Origin: Candidatus Methanoperedenaceae archaeon
GTDB taxonomy: Archaea; Halobacteriota; Methanosarcinia; Methanosarcinales; Methanoperedenaceae
DNA: 64,000 nucleotides
NCBI GenBank assembly: GCA_963753595.1
Contig: CAVWCX010000027.1
Location: 32,001-96,000 of the forward strand
Direction of reading: 5' to 3'
A model generated the notes under the pieces. It saw only the letters and a program-made list of their open reading frames with translations, ran no database searches and was not told the DNA's origin. This document shows, one piece after another, positions 20,627 through 31,608 of the stretch. How positions within the stretch are numbered: position 1 is the first letter of the stretch; each line of letters begins with the position of its first letter. Both the position numbers and the translations under genes were made by a program.

Positions 20627-20926
20627 TTATTTCATCCCGGACTGCTCTTTGCCTGAACCCTTGAGGCAGTAGCGATCCCACCTGAGAGCCAAATTCTTCT
20701 GGACAGGGCAGGTAGGGCACACGCAGCCTTTGTCTTTCTTGATCATTGAGCTTTTCCCGATCGCGCAGAACGTGAGTTTCTTCTCCCCGGTTCCGGCATA
20801 TGTGGGACATTTTCCGCAGACGCATATCTTATCAAGCTCCTTGATCTGGGCCTGCACCTGCGCAGGAGACATTTTACTCATTGCTTCCATATTCTGTTCA
20901 AAAGTTTTCTTTTGTTCTTTTGGCAT
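20627..20926 (-). CDS. DUF2769-family Cys-rich protein
   Basis: CVCGKCPTY, FCAIGKS, CVCPTCPV, YC pattern. Confidence 0.82.
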   Translation of the reverse strand: MPKEQKKTFEQNMEAMSKMSPAQVQAQIKELDKICVCGKCPTYAGTGEKKLTFCAIGKSSMIKKDKGCVCPTCPVQKNLALRWDRYCLKGSGKEQSGMK

Positions 20927-21123
20927 ATTTACCCCCTTATATTAACATAATAACTATTCTGGTTATTTGTATATAATAGTTATCCACTTTATCTATCGGT
21001 AGTTTTGTAATTCCTCCCTCGGCGGGTCTTCAAAACTTATCAGTCCTGCAAAATTCTTTATCCATTCGATACATTTATGTTTGCGTTGCCACATATAATT
21101 AAATAGATAAGGGGTGACAGAAC

Positions 21124-21516
21124 ATGAGTTCAGTTAAAAGCTCTGAAAAGACACAAGACAAGTTAAAAAAAATTGAAATGGGTTTGAAATGTATCAGGGA
21201 CCTGGATCTTCTTGATGACTTTTATGATAAGACCTGGAAAGAGGGGACGGAGAAGTTCTTAGATAAATATGAAGATAAGAAATCATTTTATGATATGCCC
21301 CTGGAAGAAACCGATAATGTCATAGAGAAGGTAACTGAATGGTTCGGGGATGATTACGGGCTGGCTGTTATCGATGGGGAATTCTGGATGGTTGCTGTGG
21401 GCAGCGTAGAAGAAGGCGGCAATAAGTGGTGGTTCAAAATGAGACTCAAAACGGATGATATAGAGACTGCCAGAAAAGTAATTTTGCTGGATAAGTGCCA
21501 TCCGAGGAGATATTGA
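21124..21516 (+). CDS. Hypothetical protein
   Basis: 130-aa ORF with GGGGTGA SD. Confidence 0.7.
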   Translation: MSSVKSSEKTQDKLKKIEMGLKCIRDLDLLDDFYDKTWKEGTEKFLDKYEDKKSFYDMPLEETDNVIEKVTEWFGDDYGLAVIDGEFWMVAVGSVEEGGNKWWFKMRLKTDDIETARKVILLDKCHPRRY

Positions 21517-21528
21517 AGGGTATTAAGT

Positions 21529-22485
21529 ATGACAAGTTTTGATGAAATGGTTACCGGTGCTGTAGAAAAAGTTATACCGAGTGTTGTGAACATAAGTGAA
21601 GTGAAGTTAATGAAAGACGCTTATCTGCATGTACATCCGGTTCCGGGTGTTGGTTCGGGTTTTATAATAAATAAGGATGGCTTTATACTCACCAATGCCC
21701 ACGTGGTACTGGGTTCACATGAGATAAAAGTGGCACTGGAAGACGGAAGGATATTCCCGGGTGAAATAAGAGGCCTGGACACAATGAAGGATCTTGCAGT
21801 GATCAAGATCGAAGCCAGCAATCTGCCTGTTCCGGGCATCGCAAAAGATAACGACCTGAAAATCGGACAGATGGCAATAGCAATAGGCAGTCCTCTTGGC
21901 CTCGTCGGTGGTCCCACAGTCACAGCAGGTGTTGTAAGCGCTGTGAACCGGTCAATCCAGACAGAGGCAACTTTCATGGAAGGATTGATACAGACAGATG
22001 CTGCTATTAATCCGGGCAACAGCGGAGGTCCGCTGATAAACAGTAAAGGTGCGGTGATCGGAGTGAACAGCGCCGTCATTCCCTTTGCGCAGGGTATTGG
22101 TTTCGCCATACCGATACAGCCTGCTGTAGAAATCGCAGAGCAGTTAATAAAACACGGCGAAATCGTGAGACCATGGATCAGTTTCAATGCCATAGATGTC
22201 AATCCCAAACTGGTTGCATATTATGACCTGCCCACTACTAAGGGAGTAGTCATTACTGATGTGGTAAAACGAAGCGAAGCTGATAAATCAGGTATAGAGA
22301 TAGCAGATATCTTGATCCGGATGGATGAAACAGAAATAAATAATGTTAGAGACCTGATCAAAGTTCTCAATAAACATAAAGTGGGTGACAAAGTAACTAT
22401 GGAATTCTTCAGGGGACACGAGAAAGTAAAGCTCAAGACAGTCCTTGAAAAGGCGCCGTCCATGAAGCGCCCACCTGCGACCTGA
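21529..22485 (+). CDS. HtrA/DegP-like serine protease with PDZ, no signal peptide
   Basis: GSGFI, LTNAHV, DLAV, QTDAAINPGNSGGPL. Confidence 0.95.
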   Translation: MTSFDEMVTGAVEKVIPSVVNISEVKLMKDAYLHVHPVPGVGSGFIINKDGFILTNAHVVLGSHEIKVALEDGRIFPGEIRGLDTMKDLAVIKIEASNLPVPGIAKDNDLKIGQMAIAIGSPLGLVGGPTVTAGVVSAVNRSIQTEATFMEGLIQTDAAINPGNSGGPLINSKGAVIGVNSAVIPFAQGIGFAIPIQPAVEIAEQLIKHGEIVRPWISFNAIDVNPKLVAYYDLPTTKGVVITDVVKRSEADKSGIEIADILIRMDETEINNVRDLIKVLNKHKVGDKVTMEFFRGHEKVKLKTVLEKAPSMKRPPAT

Positions 22486-22514
22486 TAAATCTTCATGCAG
22501 CCCTGTTCGATAAA

Positions 22515-24546
22515 CTAGACGCTGCTCGCAGATTGGCTGAGGACTTTCCCGACAGCATCGAAAGCCTCTTCAAGCTCAGAGAAATTTGGTATGGACGCAT
22601 CTCTCAGTACACGCACGCCACTTTTCATACTATCGCCCCAAGTAAGCATCGACGATCATTTTTTCAGTATTGAAAATCTATTATCCAGGGGAAAGATGAG
22701 CGGTCAGAACAACTGAAGGGACGCAACAACGAATGCGATATCCCAGAAATACTGGTGATGGATGATCAAATCAAATAGACGAGCATATCTGTCTACCTGG
22801 GCATCTCTAACAATATAGATAGGGTTCTCATGACTACACTCCTCTGTAAGGAAGGTATAAAGTTCATCAATTAATTCTTTTGTAAGTTCAACGACTTCAA
22901 TGCCGTACATTTGTGCATAATACGAGGCCAGAACTGCAAAACCTCCCGCATTGGATATGACAATTGCTCTTTTTCCTTTTGGATAATCCTCTGAAGCCAG
23001 GAGCTCGCCTATCTGGAATGCCTCTCTCAGGGAATGAGCAGAAATGACATCAACCTGCCTGAATGCGGCTATGTAAACCTCATAACTTACTGCAAGAGAA
23101 CCAGTGTGGGATGATGCAGCCTTTTGTACTCTCTTAGACGAACCTGATTTTATCGCTATAATATGTTTTTTCTTTGATATTTCCTTAACGACTTTCATGA
23201 ATTCTCTGCCATTCCTTATCTCTTCAATGTAGAGAATTATGGTACTGGTATCATCATCCTCTCCGGCAAATTTCAGGAATTCATCAAAGCCCAGATCTGC
23301 CTGGTTGCCCACACTTATGACAGCTGAAAGCTCCCTATCTTCCTGAAGGCTCCAGTCAACTACCGTGGTGATAATAGCGCCACTTTGCGAAATGAATGCA
23401 AGATGTCCGGGCTTTGGGGATACCGGATCAAATGTAGCATTTATCTCTTTATGCGGAAGAATGATCCCCAGGCAGTTCGGACTAACCATCCTGATGCCAT
23501 ATTTTTCTGCAATCTGTAAAACCTTATTTTCAAGAATTCGTCCCTCCTCGCTGATTTCCCTGAAGCCTGCGGAAATGACAATCGCCAGTTTTACACCCTT
23601 GGTACCTGCTTCTTCCAGAACTTCAGACACTATTGCAGCACAAACTGTTATGATCACGGCATCAACCTGGCGGAACCGCTGCCAGGGATGGAAATATTTC
23701 ATGCCTGAGTGTTTCTTTTCCTTTTGGATTCACGGCATATAATTTGCCTGGAAAGTCCAGCAAATTCCTGAAAACAGCGTAGCCGATCTTATTTGGATCA
23801 GGAGAGGCCCCGATAACTGCGATAGATCCAGGATAAAAAATCTGTGCAAGGATTTCCTTTTCAACTTTTTCCTGGATTTTTATATTTTCATCACTTTCAT
23901 AAATTTTTGCATCGACTGCACATGCCCCATTTTCGTATAATATCAATGGGTTAATATCAAATTCAACCAGTTTTTGACTCTCATAAAAAAGTTTGGATAT
24001 TTTGCCATATTATCTCAACTAGAGCTTTTTCATCCAAAGGTGGCTCATCGCTGTAACCTTGATCGGGCTGTAAGCATTTATTTCCCGTATCATCTTTTGT
24101 ATTTCTTCTTTTTCTATCGGAAGCACCTTTATTGAAACATCCTTTAAAAGTTCAACAAGTTTTCCTCGCAGCCCAAAAGTAGTGACTTTCCCAAATGTGG
24201 GGTCGGTTTTCCCGCCGATTATCAATTCTAATCCCGAAGGCATCTGCTTTTCGATGATTATACCTTTTATTTCCGCATTGGGAACCTTTTCCTTCACGCT
24301 CTGCATTATCTTTTCAAAAGAATTCTTAGCCTCCTCCTTATTTTTTACTCCGATTACTACTCCACCCGCGTCACTTTTATGAATGACCTGCGGAGAAACA
24401 ATTTTCATTGCGACTGGGTAGCCAATTTCTTCTGCGGCCTCTACAGCTTCATCAGTATTCTTTGTAATTTTGTGTTACGGAACAGGGATCTCATATTTTT
24501 TGAGTAAATCATATCCTTCAGCCTCGCTTAACATCCTTTTTTCCAT
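22515..24546 (-). pseudogene. ADP-forming acetate-CoA ligase (fused, ATP-grasp domain first), disrupted
   Basis: MLSEAEGYDLLKKY, KIVSPQVIHKSDAGGV, AVIGAS, SQSGA and SHTGSLA motifs. In-frame TAA at 24475-24477, several frameshifts, and Gly substitutions (FGLRG, SPNCLG). Confidence 0.9.
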
Positions 24547-24763
24547 AATTCACCTTCCAGGATGTGCTTTTATCCACCTGGCAATGCCGCCGGCGTCACC
24601 TGCGAAGAAGGCGCGTTCATACAACCTGAAATGGATAACGAGATAAAAATGGCTATAAATATAATTTTGTATGATCTTTTGATATTTCTCATACTAACCT
24701 CCATATGATAATTAATTTCAAGTTCTATTTAAAACCATCTGTCTATCCAGGACCATGTTCATA

Positions 24764-25873
24764 TTATTCCAATAATTGTATCGCGCGCATGAGATCAGTC
24801 CTTGAGACTATACCTGAAATTTTCTCGCCTTTTTTAACTATGATACGGCCAATGTTATTCACTGTCATAAGTCTAAATGCGTTTACTGCATCATCATCTT
24901 CCTGAAGGCTTATGATATTTTTATTCATTACCTGCGACACTTTAATGACTTTCCTTTCATCTTTGGGGACTTTTTGTGCATCCGCAAATGTCACCACGCC
25001 CTTCAACTGCCCATTATCTACAACCGGATACCCCATATGTTTGAACCTGAATATATATTCCACAAGCTCTTCAACAGACATTCCAGAAGTTACGGTCTGA
25101 ACTTCTTTTGACATAATGTCTTTTATTTTAACACCCTCAAGAATCAAATTTATCTCTGTGGATTTTTCTTCTTCGGAAGCACCTATGTAAATAAAGAATG
25201 CGATCAGCATAAACCAGATGTTGTAGAATAATCCGAAAATCCCCATAAAGATGGCAAACATCTTTCCTATACCTGCTGCTTCCCGTGTGGCTTTGATATA
25301 AGACATCCGTTCTGCAAGCCATGCCCTGAGCACCCTGCCCCCATCCATGGGAAATGCAGGAAGGAGGTTAAAGATGCCAAGTACGATATTTAATACTGCT
25401 AGCATCCAGACAAGACGAAGATATGGATCGTTTATCGGGCTTAAGAATAAATAATCTCCAAAAGATTCACCGGCGGGTTTGAAAAACGAGTATATTATTA
25501 TTAATATTAAACCGATCAAAAAACTGACACCTGGCCCTGCCATAGCCATTTTCAATTCAGTCCTGGGATCTCTTGGGATCTCATCCAGGGACGAGACGCC
25601 TCCAAAAAGGAAAAGTGTTATATTCTTGATGTTGGTTCCGTGTTTTTTAGCTATATATGAATGTCCCAGCTCATGCAATACTACGCAAATAAAAAGTGAA
25701 ACTGCTGCAGCGAACGAAAGAACATACTGAAGTGGGAAAACCTGGTCGCTAAAACCCAACCTTGGAGGTGTGAGTGCAAAACTCCATGCAAAGAACGGCA
25801 AAATCAGAAGAAACGTTATGTGCACTTTGATCGGTATACCCATTATTTTCCCTATTTGAAACGAAGTTTTCAT
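24764..25873 (-). CDS. Site-2 protease (M50) with CBS pair
   Basis: HELGH, NLLPAFPMDGG, two CBS repeats. Confidence 0.95.
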   Translation of the reverse strand: MKTSFQIGKIMGIPIKVHITFLLILPFFAWSFALTPPRLGFSDQVFPLQYVLSFAAAVSLFICVVLHELGHSYIAKKHGTNIKNITLFLFGGVSSLDEIPRDPRTELKMAMAGPGVSFLIGLILIIIYSFFKPAGESFGDYLFLSPINDPYLRLVWMLAVLNIVLGIFNLLPAFPMDGGRVLRAWLAERMSYIKATREAAGIGKMFAIFMGIFGLFYNIWFMLIAFFIYIGASEEEKSTEINLILEGVKIKDIMSKEVQTVTSGMSVEELVEYIFRFKHMGYPVVDNGQLKGVVTFADAQKVPKDERKVIKVSQVMNKNIISLQEDDDAVNAFRLMTVNNIGRIIVKKGEKISGIVSRTDLMRAIQLLE

Positions 25874-25931
25874 GAGATTCCTCCACAGGTTTTAAGCGAA
25901 TACGATAGATCGTTAATCTTTAACATTCCAA

Positions 25932-27323
25932 CTATTTCGCTTCATTTATTTTCTTTTTAAGGTCATTTGCAGCAATCAAAATCGGATCCCATACAGGTGC
26001 AAATGGGGGCGCATAACTCAAATCAAGGTCCCCCATATCTTCCACAGTCATTTTAGCTGCAATAGCCGTTGCAAAAACATCTATTCTCTTTGAAATACCC
26101 TCCCTGCCGACCATTTCGGCTCCGAGAATCCGGCCAGTGTTCATTTGGGCAATTAGCTTGACCCATATCTTACTGCCATCAGGATAATAATGAGCTCTCG
26201 AATTCTGCTCAACCACATTGGATATAAAATTGAAACCTTCTCTTTGCGCTTCTATTCCGGAAAGACCCGTCCTTGCAACTTCGAGGTCAAAGACCTTTAA
26301 GACGGCAGTTCCAACGATCCCTTTGAACGAAGCATTCCCACCTGCCATATTTTCTCCTGCTACTTTCCCCTGCTTGTTCGCAGTGGTTCCAAGGGGAATA
26401 TAAACCTGTCTTTCAAGGACTTGATGATAAGCCATTGCACAATCCCCGGCTGAATAGATGCCGGGAACATTCGTCTCCATCCGTTGATTGACTTTGATCG
26501 CTCCTGTGTGTTCGTCTGTTTCGATCCCTGCCTCCTTTGCAATCTCGGAATTTGGCCTCGTACCAATGCTGACAATTACAATATCAACATTGATCGACTC
26601 ACCGTTGTCTAAAATCGCTTCACTGACATAACCATTTTTACTGGTGAATTCCTTCACCGATGCGGATTTAAGGAGCTTGACTCTGTTTCTTCCAAGTCCT
26701 TCCTCTACTATTTTGGTAATTTCCTCATCCATAGTTCCCAAAATATTCGGCTCTCTTTCAGCTATTGTGATATCCATCCCTGTCATTGCAAGTGCTTCTG
26801 CCATCTCCATCCCGATATGGCCGGCACCAATGATAAGAGCTCTTTTGGGAGCATTTTTCCGGATAAATTCTTTTGTTTCGATCCCATCTTGAAGTGTCTT
26901 TATAGTGAAAATCCCTTTGATCTCAATTCCTTTGATCTGTGGCACAAAGGCCCTTGCACCTGTTGTGATCACGAGCATATCATATTGATATTCGTTCTGT
27001 GCTCCAGTATTTCGGTTTTTAACAAGTACAGATCGTTTTGCCGGGTATATTTCAACTACTTCATGATAGAGAAATACATCGATGTTTCTTTCTTCTTTAA
27101 AGAATTTTGAATCATGGGCAACAAGATCTTCCGGAGATTTAATTAAATCCGATATTAGGTACGGCAAGCCACAGGCACCATAGGAAATATAACCACTTTT
27201 TTCAAATACAAGTATCTCAATATCAGAACTCAGTTTTCGTGCTTTACTCGCTGCGCTCATCCCGGCAGCAACGCCGCCAATTACCACAATGCGCTTACCG
27301 GATTTTAGTGATTCGAAGGACAT
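25932..27323 (-). CDS. CoA-disulfide reductase / NADH oxidase family
   Basis: GGVAAGMSAA, SYGACGLPY, GDC, DLSYAPPF. Confidence 0.93.
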   Translation of the reverse strand: MSFESLKSGKRIVVIGGVAAGMSAASKARKLSSDIEILVFEKSGYISYGACGLPYLISDLIKSPEDLVAHDSKFFKEERNIDVFLYHEVVEIYPAKRSVLVKNRNTGAQNEYQYDMLVITTGARAFVPQIKGIEIKGIFTIKTLQDGIETKEFIRKNAPKRALIIGAGHIGMEMAEALAMTGMDITIAEREPNILGTMDEEITKIVEEGLGRNRVKLLKSASVKEFTSKNGYVSEAILDNGESINVDIVIVSIGTRPNSEIAKEAGIETDEHTGAIKVNQRMETNVPGIYSAGDCAMAYHQVLERQVYIPLGTTANKQGKVAGENMAGGNASFKGIVGTAVLKVFDLEVARTGLSGIEAQREGFNFISNVVEQNSRAHYYPDGSKIWVKLIAQMNTGRILGAEMVGREGISKRIDVFATAIAAKMTVEDMGDLDLSYAPPFAPVWDPILIAANDLKKKINEAK

Positions 27324-27409
27324 TCTTATCTCCCTTGCTTCTGCTTAAGTTTTGCAGCATAAATATTTTTCTATCATCCTGAAATACGAAATTCATAGTC
27401 AAGAACCTT

Positions 27410-27448
27410 AAAAAAGCAGCGAACTAATACAAACTGAAACGAACTCCC
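27410..27448 (-). repeat. Half copy of the 10-nt periodic MITE-like element
   Basis: Reverse complement GGAGTTCGTTTCAGTTTGTATTAGTTCGCTGCTTTTTT matches 57123-57160. Confidence 0.7.
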
Positions 27449-27512
27449 GATGCATCTTTAAGTATTCACCCGGACCGATCCAATTCTATCAGTATCATTA
27501 TGAAAATCAGTA

Positions 27513-27595
27513 TGCGGGGAATGGGATTTGAACCCACGAACTCCTGCGAGACAGGATCTTAAGTCCTGCACCTTTGGCCGCTTGGTTATCCCCGC
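27513..27595 (-). tRNA. tRNA-Leu(TAA)
   Basis: GCGGGGATA...CAGGAC TTAAGA TCCTG, long variable arm, GTTCAAATCC, acceptor stem pairs. Confidence 0.95.
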
Positions 27596-27686
27596 ACAAG
27601 GGAAGTGACGTTAAATATCCCTTGGGTTACTTTAAACTAACGCCTGATTCGGCATAATTATGTATAATCCCTTTCTATTATTGTCC

Positions 27687-28685
27687 ATGTCCTTTGTCAC
27701 CTTCTCGCGAAATGTATTCATTCCTCTCACCAATGTCTGCAGGAACAAATGCGGATACTGCGGATTCAGGCGCGAAATAGGGCATCCTGAAGCAAAACTT
27801 CTTTCACCAGGCGAGATAAAGGATATTCTTTTAAAAGGCGCGCGCGCCGGGTGCTCTGAGGCGCTTTTCACATTTGGTGAGCGTCCTGGGGAAGTTCCCG
27901 GGTTCAGGGAATGGCTCCGGGATCTTGGCTATGGGAATATTATCGATTATCTTCTCGACATGTGCAAACTTTCTATCAGACTTGGCCTTTTACCTCACAG
28001 CAATCCCGGGATACTTGAAAAGCCGGAATTTGAAAAATTAAAACCATATAATGCCAGCATGGGACTGATGCTTGAGACCCTTGCCGATATCAAAGGGCAT
28101 GAGGGATGTGCCGGAAAGAACCCCGTATCCCGGATAAAGACCATTGAATATGCAGGAGAACTCAAAATCCCGTTCACTACCGGGATTCTCGTGGGGATAG
28201 GTGAAACATGGGACGAAAGGGTGCGCTCGATCAGTAAAATAAAAGAATTGCATGAAGAATTCGGACATATCCAGGAAGTCATAATCCAGAATTTCATCCC
28301 AAAACCAGGGACTAAAATGTCTTCATGTGCCTCTGTGGGATTAGATGAGATGATACGGACGGTAAAGATGGCACGTGAGCTACTCCCTTCGGACATAACC
28401 ATACAGGTGCCGCCCAATCTTATTCCACCGCGGGAATTAGTGAAATGCGGCGCAAGCGATCTTGGGGGCATATCTCCTGAAACCATTGATTTTATTAATC
28501 CTGAGGCGCCCTGGCCAAATTATCTTGAATTACAGGCAATGGTGGACGTTCCCCTTCGCGAACGCCTGCCCATATATCCCCGATATATAAGAAAAGGATG
28601 GTACAGCGACAAGATCAAAGATATATTGAGCAGTCTTTCTGACGCAGAAGGATTTAGGAAAACTTATAAGCAAGTATCTCCTTAA
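27687..28685 (+). CDS. cofG: FO synthase subunit CofG
   Basis: TFSRNVFIPLTNVCRNKCGYC, ASMGLMLE, PFTTGILVGIGE, QVPPNL. Confidence 0.95.
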   Translation: MSFVTFSRNVFIPLTNVCRNKCGYCGFRREIGHPEAKLLSPGEIKDILLKGARAGCSEALFTFGERPGEVPGFREWLRDLGYGNIIDYLLDMCKLSIRLGLLPHSNPGILEKPEFEKLKPYNASMGLMLETLADIKGHEGCAGKNPVSRIKTIEYAGELKIPFTTGILVGIGETWDERVRSISKIKELHEEFGHIQEVIIQNFIPKPGTKMSSCASVGLDEMIRTVKMARELLPSDITIQVPPNLIPPRELVKCGASDLGGISPETIDFINPEAPWPNYLELQAMVDVPLRERLPIYPRYIRKGWYSDKIKDILSSLSDAEGFRKTYKQVSP

Positions 28686-28700
28686 ATCTGCAAAATTCTG

Positions 28701-29801
28701 GTGGTTAATATTCAAAAATTGCAGACCAAACAGGAATTACGAAACATTATTAATGACAGAACAGAACGCATCGAGGCAGGGAACTGTACTGTTGATGATG
28801 CATTTGCGCTTTTAAATAATCCGGATATTTTATTTTCTCTTGCTGACAGGCTCCGGAAAAAAGCCGTAGGGGACAAAGTTACATACGTCATTAACAGGAA
28901 CATAAATTTTACGAACATGTGCGTCGGTACATGCAAATTCTGCGCATTCAAGAAAGAGAAAGGCTATATTATGTCGATCCCTGAAATTCTTGAAAAAACA
29001 AGAGCGGCTGCAAAAATAAATGCAACCGAGGTATGTATCCAGGGAGGACTTCTTCCTGACTGGGATGTTTTTAATTACTGCGACATACTTGAAAATATCA
29101 AGAATGAATTCCCTGATATGCATATCCATGCTTTTTCTCCAATGGAAGTATATCATGCTTCGCAAAACAGCAATATGAGTTATAAGGAAACACTCTCACA
29201 TTTGAAAAGTTCAGGTCTTGGCTCTATGCCGGGAACAGCCGCTGAAATACTTGTTGACCGTGTAAGAGAAGAGATCTGCCCTGATAAACTTACAACTCAT
29301 GAATGGATAGATGTAATAAAGACCGCTCATAATTCAGGGATACCCACCACTGCAACAATTATGTATGGGCATATTGAGACAATGCAGGAACGGATCGAAC
29401 ATATAATGTTAATAAAAGATATCCAGAAAAAAACAAGCGGATTCACTGAATTTGTGCCGCTTCCTTTTATGTCTTCCAATAATATCCTTGGAATTGGAAA
29501 AAGCGTTTCCCACGGAATTGAAGATTTGAAATTACATGCTCTTGCCAGGGTAATTCTTTATCCGTATGTCAGGAATATCCAGGTAAGCTGGGTGAAACTT
29601 GGCAGGGAACTTGCACAGAAAGCCCTGACATGCGGAGCGAACGACCTTGGGGGGACATTGATGGAAGAAAAGATATCAAAGAGCGCAGGGTCAATAAGTG
29701 GTGAATATATGGCGCCTTTTGAGTTTGAGGGATTGATACGACAAATGAACCGGCTCCCGCAACAGAGGGATACTCTTTACAAACCGGTCAGTGTTGCATA
29801 A
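28701..29801 (+). CDS. cofH: FO synthase subunit CofH
   Basis: NRNINFTNMCVGTCKFCAF, SMPGTAAEIL, IQVSWVKLG, GANDLGGTLMEE; follows cofG. Confidence 0.93.
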   Translation: MVNIQKLQTKQELRNIINDRTERIEAGNCTVDDAFALLNNPDILFSLADRLRKKAVGDKVTYVINRNINFTNMCVGTCKFCAFKKEKGYIMSIPEILEKTRAAAKINATEVCIQGGLLPDWDVFNYCDILENIKNEFPDMHIHAFSPMEVYHASQNSNMSYKETLSHLKSSGLGSMPGTAAEILVDRVREEICPDKLTTHEWIDVIKTAHNSGIPTTATIMYGHIETMQERIEHIMLIKDIQKKTSGFTEFVPLPFMSSNNILGIGKSVSHGIEDLKLHALARVILYPYVRNIQVSWVKLGRELAQKALTCGANDLGGTLMEEKISKSAGSISGEYMAPFEFEGLIRQMNRLPQQRDTLYKPVSVA

Positions 29802-30045
29802 AGATTTTTTAACATAATACATTTTTTATAAAAGTTTAGGGTATAATATTAAACCGGGTTTTTTCGCCCAAACTTAAATCTCATGTATATAATTATGATG
29901 ATTTTATACATGTAAAGATGAGTCTTCCCTTAGTGAGTCTAATTTTTTTTCGCATCTATTAATTATAAATACTTTTCTTATATACAATATATTAAAACGG
30001 AAGATTTATATTTAATGAATACATTTAAAGCCTTGGTGAAATATT

Positions 30046-30420
30046 ATGAAAAGTCTTTCAGTTAATGTTCTTGACAAAGCGGATGAAGAATTTGCCGATA
30101 CACTTATTGAGCTGGGATTAAAACGAAATGTTGCAAAAGTACTTACTTATTTAAAAAACGTTAAAGATGTAACTTCCAGGGATCTTGAAATGGGCTCCGA
30201 TCTAAGACAACCTGAGGTCAGCATTGCGATGCGGGAACTTGAGGAACTGGGCTGGATAGCAGAAAGAGAGGAGAAAAAACCCGGAAAAGGCAGACCATAT
30301 AAGATCTATCAGCTAAAAACACATATTGAATCCATAATTGAACATCTTGAAACACAGAAGAAAAAAGAATCACAGGCCATGATGGCAAGCATAAAGCGCT
30401 TAAAAGAACTGACCAAATAA
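30046..30420 (+). CDS. Predicted wHTH transcriptional regulator (COG4738-like)
   Basis: SRDLEMGSDLRQPEVSIAMREL...GKGRPYK. Confidence 0.85.
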   Translation: MKSLSVNVLDKADEEFADTLIELGLKRNVAKVLTYLKNVKDVTSRDLEMGSDLRQPEVSIAMRELEELGWIAEREEKKPGKGRPYKIYQLKTHIESIIEHLETQKKKESQAMMASIKRLKELTK

Positions 30421-30425
30421 AAACC

Positions 30426-30463
30426 TCCCCAAAAATGGGGACTTCTTTTCTTTTTTTTATTTT
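30426..30463 (+). terminator. Hairpin plus T-tract
   Basis: TCCCCA-AAAA-TGGGGA followed by a long T run right after the stop codon. Confidence 0.55.
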
Positions 30464-30513
30464 TAAGTTGAAGGCATAAGAACTATCTTTTGGGTGGATA
30501 ATCAAGAATATCC

Positions 30514-31596
30514 ATGCATTACCACATAATCCTTACAAAAGAATGCAACCTCAAATGCGAATATTGCGGAGGTGGGAGCGATTCATTACCCAAAGAGATC
30601 CAGTACTCAATAGATGATCTTAAAAAGTTTATATCCCTTGATAAAAAACCAATACTTGAATTCTATGGGGGTGAACCTCTCCTTCGCATTGGAACTATGG
30701 AACAGATCATGGATTCATTGCCTGCAGGATTTGTTATCCAGACGAACGGTCTTCTCCTTAATAAACTAAAACCACATTATTTAAAAAAGTTCCATTCGAT
30801 CCTTGTATCGATCGATGGAACAAAGGATGTGACAGACAGGGCGCGCGGAAATGGAGTCTATGACCGGATCATGGATAACATAAAGCTCATCCGGCAAATG
30901 GGGTATGAAGGAGACCTTGTCGCAAGGATGACTGTGGCGCAGGGCACTGATATTTATGAAAATGTCTTGCATCTTCTTACCCGGCCGGAATTTGACCATG
31001 TTCACTGGCAGCTGGATTTTGAAATGTTCTGGGAAGCATGGGAGCATACAGTGCCCGGACTTACTGAGTGGATCATCTCTTATAATTCCGGGATATCTTC
31101 ACTTATTAAATGGTGGGTGTCCGGGATGGAGCGGACTGGCCAGGTTGCCGGCATCGTACCATTTATCGGTATAATGAATTCTCTTCTTAATGGTACGGAC
31201 TCACGCCTCAGGTGCGGCTCAGGGATTGATTTTTTTACAATAATGCCAGACGGCAGGATTTCTGCCTGTCCGGTTTCAATTGATTTTGATTTTTCGGTAA
31301 TAGGCTCAATATATAATGATGCTCCGTCGTCCCTCCCGGAGAAATCAAAGGTTGGTGAACCCTGCACATCATGCGAAATTTTTAAAGTCTGCGGGGGGAG
31401 ATGCCTTTTTGTGAACCGGTCGCAGGAACTGCTAAGAGAAAATGGATATTCAATGATATGCAGCACCGTTCGACACCTGGTAAAGGAATTGCAGGAGGCT
31501 TTGCCGCAAATTCAGGAGCTTATTTACGCTGGAGTTATTGAAAGATCGGATTTTGATTATCCGGAATTCAATAATGGGTGCGAGATCATACCCTGA
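30514..31596 (+). CDS. Radical SAM/SPASM protein (AF0577/TIGR04084-like)
   Basis: CNLKCEYC, FYGGEPLL, CGSG, ACP, CTSC...CGGRC, terminal NNGCEIIP. Confidence 0.88.
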   Translation: MHYHIILTKECNLKCEYCGGGSDSLPKEIQYSIDDLKKFISLDKKPILEFYGGEPLLRIGTMEQIMDSLPAGFVIQTNGLLLNKLKPHYLKKFHSILVSIDGTKDVTDRARGNGVYDRIMDNIKLIRQMGYEGDLVARMTVAQGTDIYENVLHLLTRPEFDHVHWQLDFEMFWEAWEHTVPGLTEWIISYNSGISSLIKWWVSGMERTGQVAGIVPFIGIMNSLLNGTDSRLRCGSGIDFFTIMPDGRISACPVSIDFDFSVIGSIYNDAPSSLPEKSKVGEPCTSCEIFKVCGGRCLFVNRSQELLRENGYSMICSTVRHLVKELQEALPQIQELIYAGVIERSDFDYPEFNNGCEIIP

Positions 31597-31608
31597 AGAA
31601 GCACATAA

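Noticed and set aside
3644-24546. In-frame stops as pyrrolysine or selenocysteine recoding
   Set aside because: The stops are of mixed types (TAA, TAG, TGA) and occur alongside frameshifts in decayed genes.
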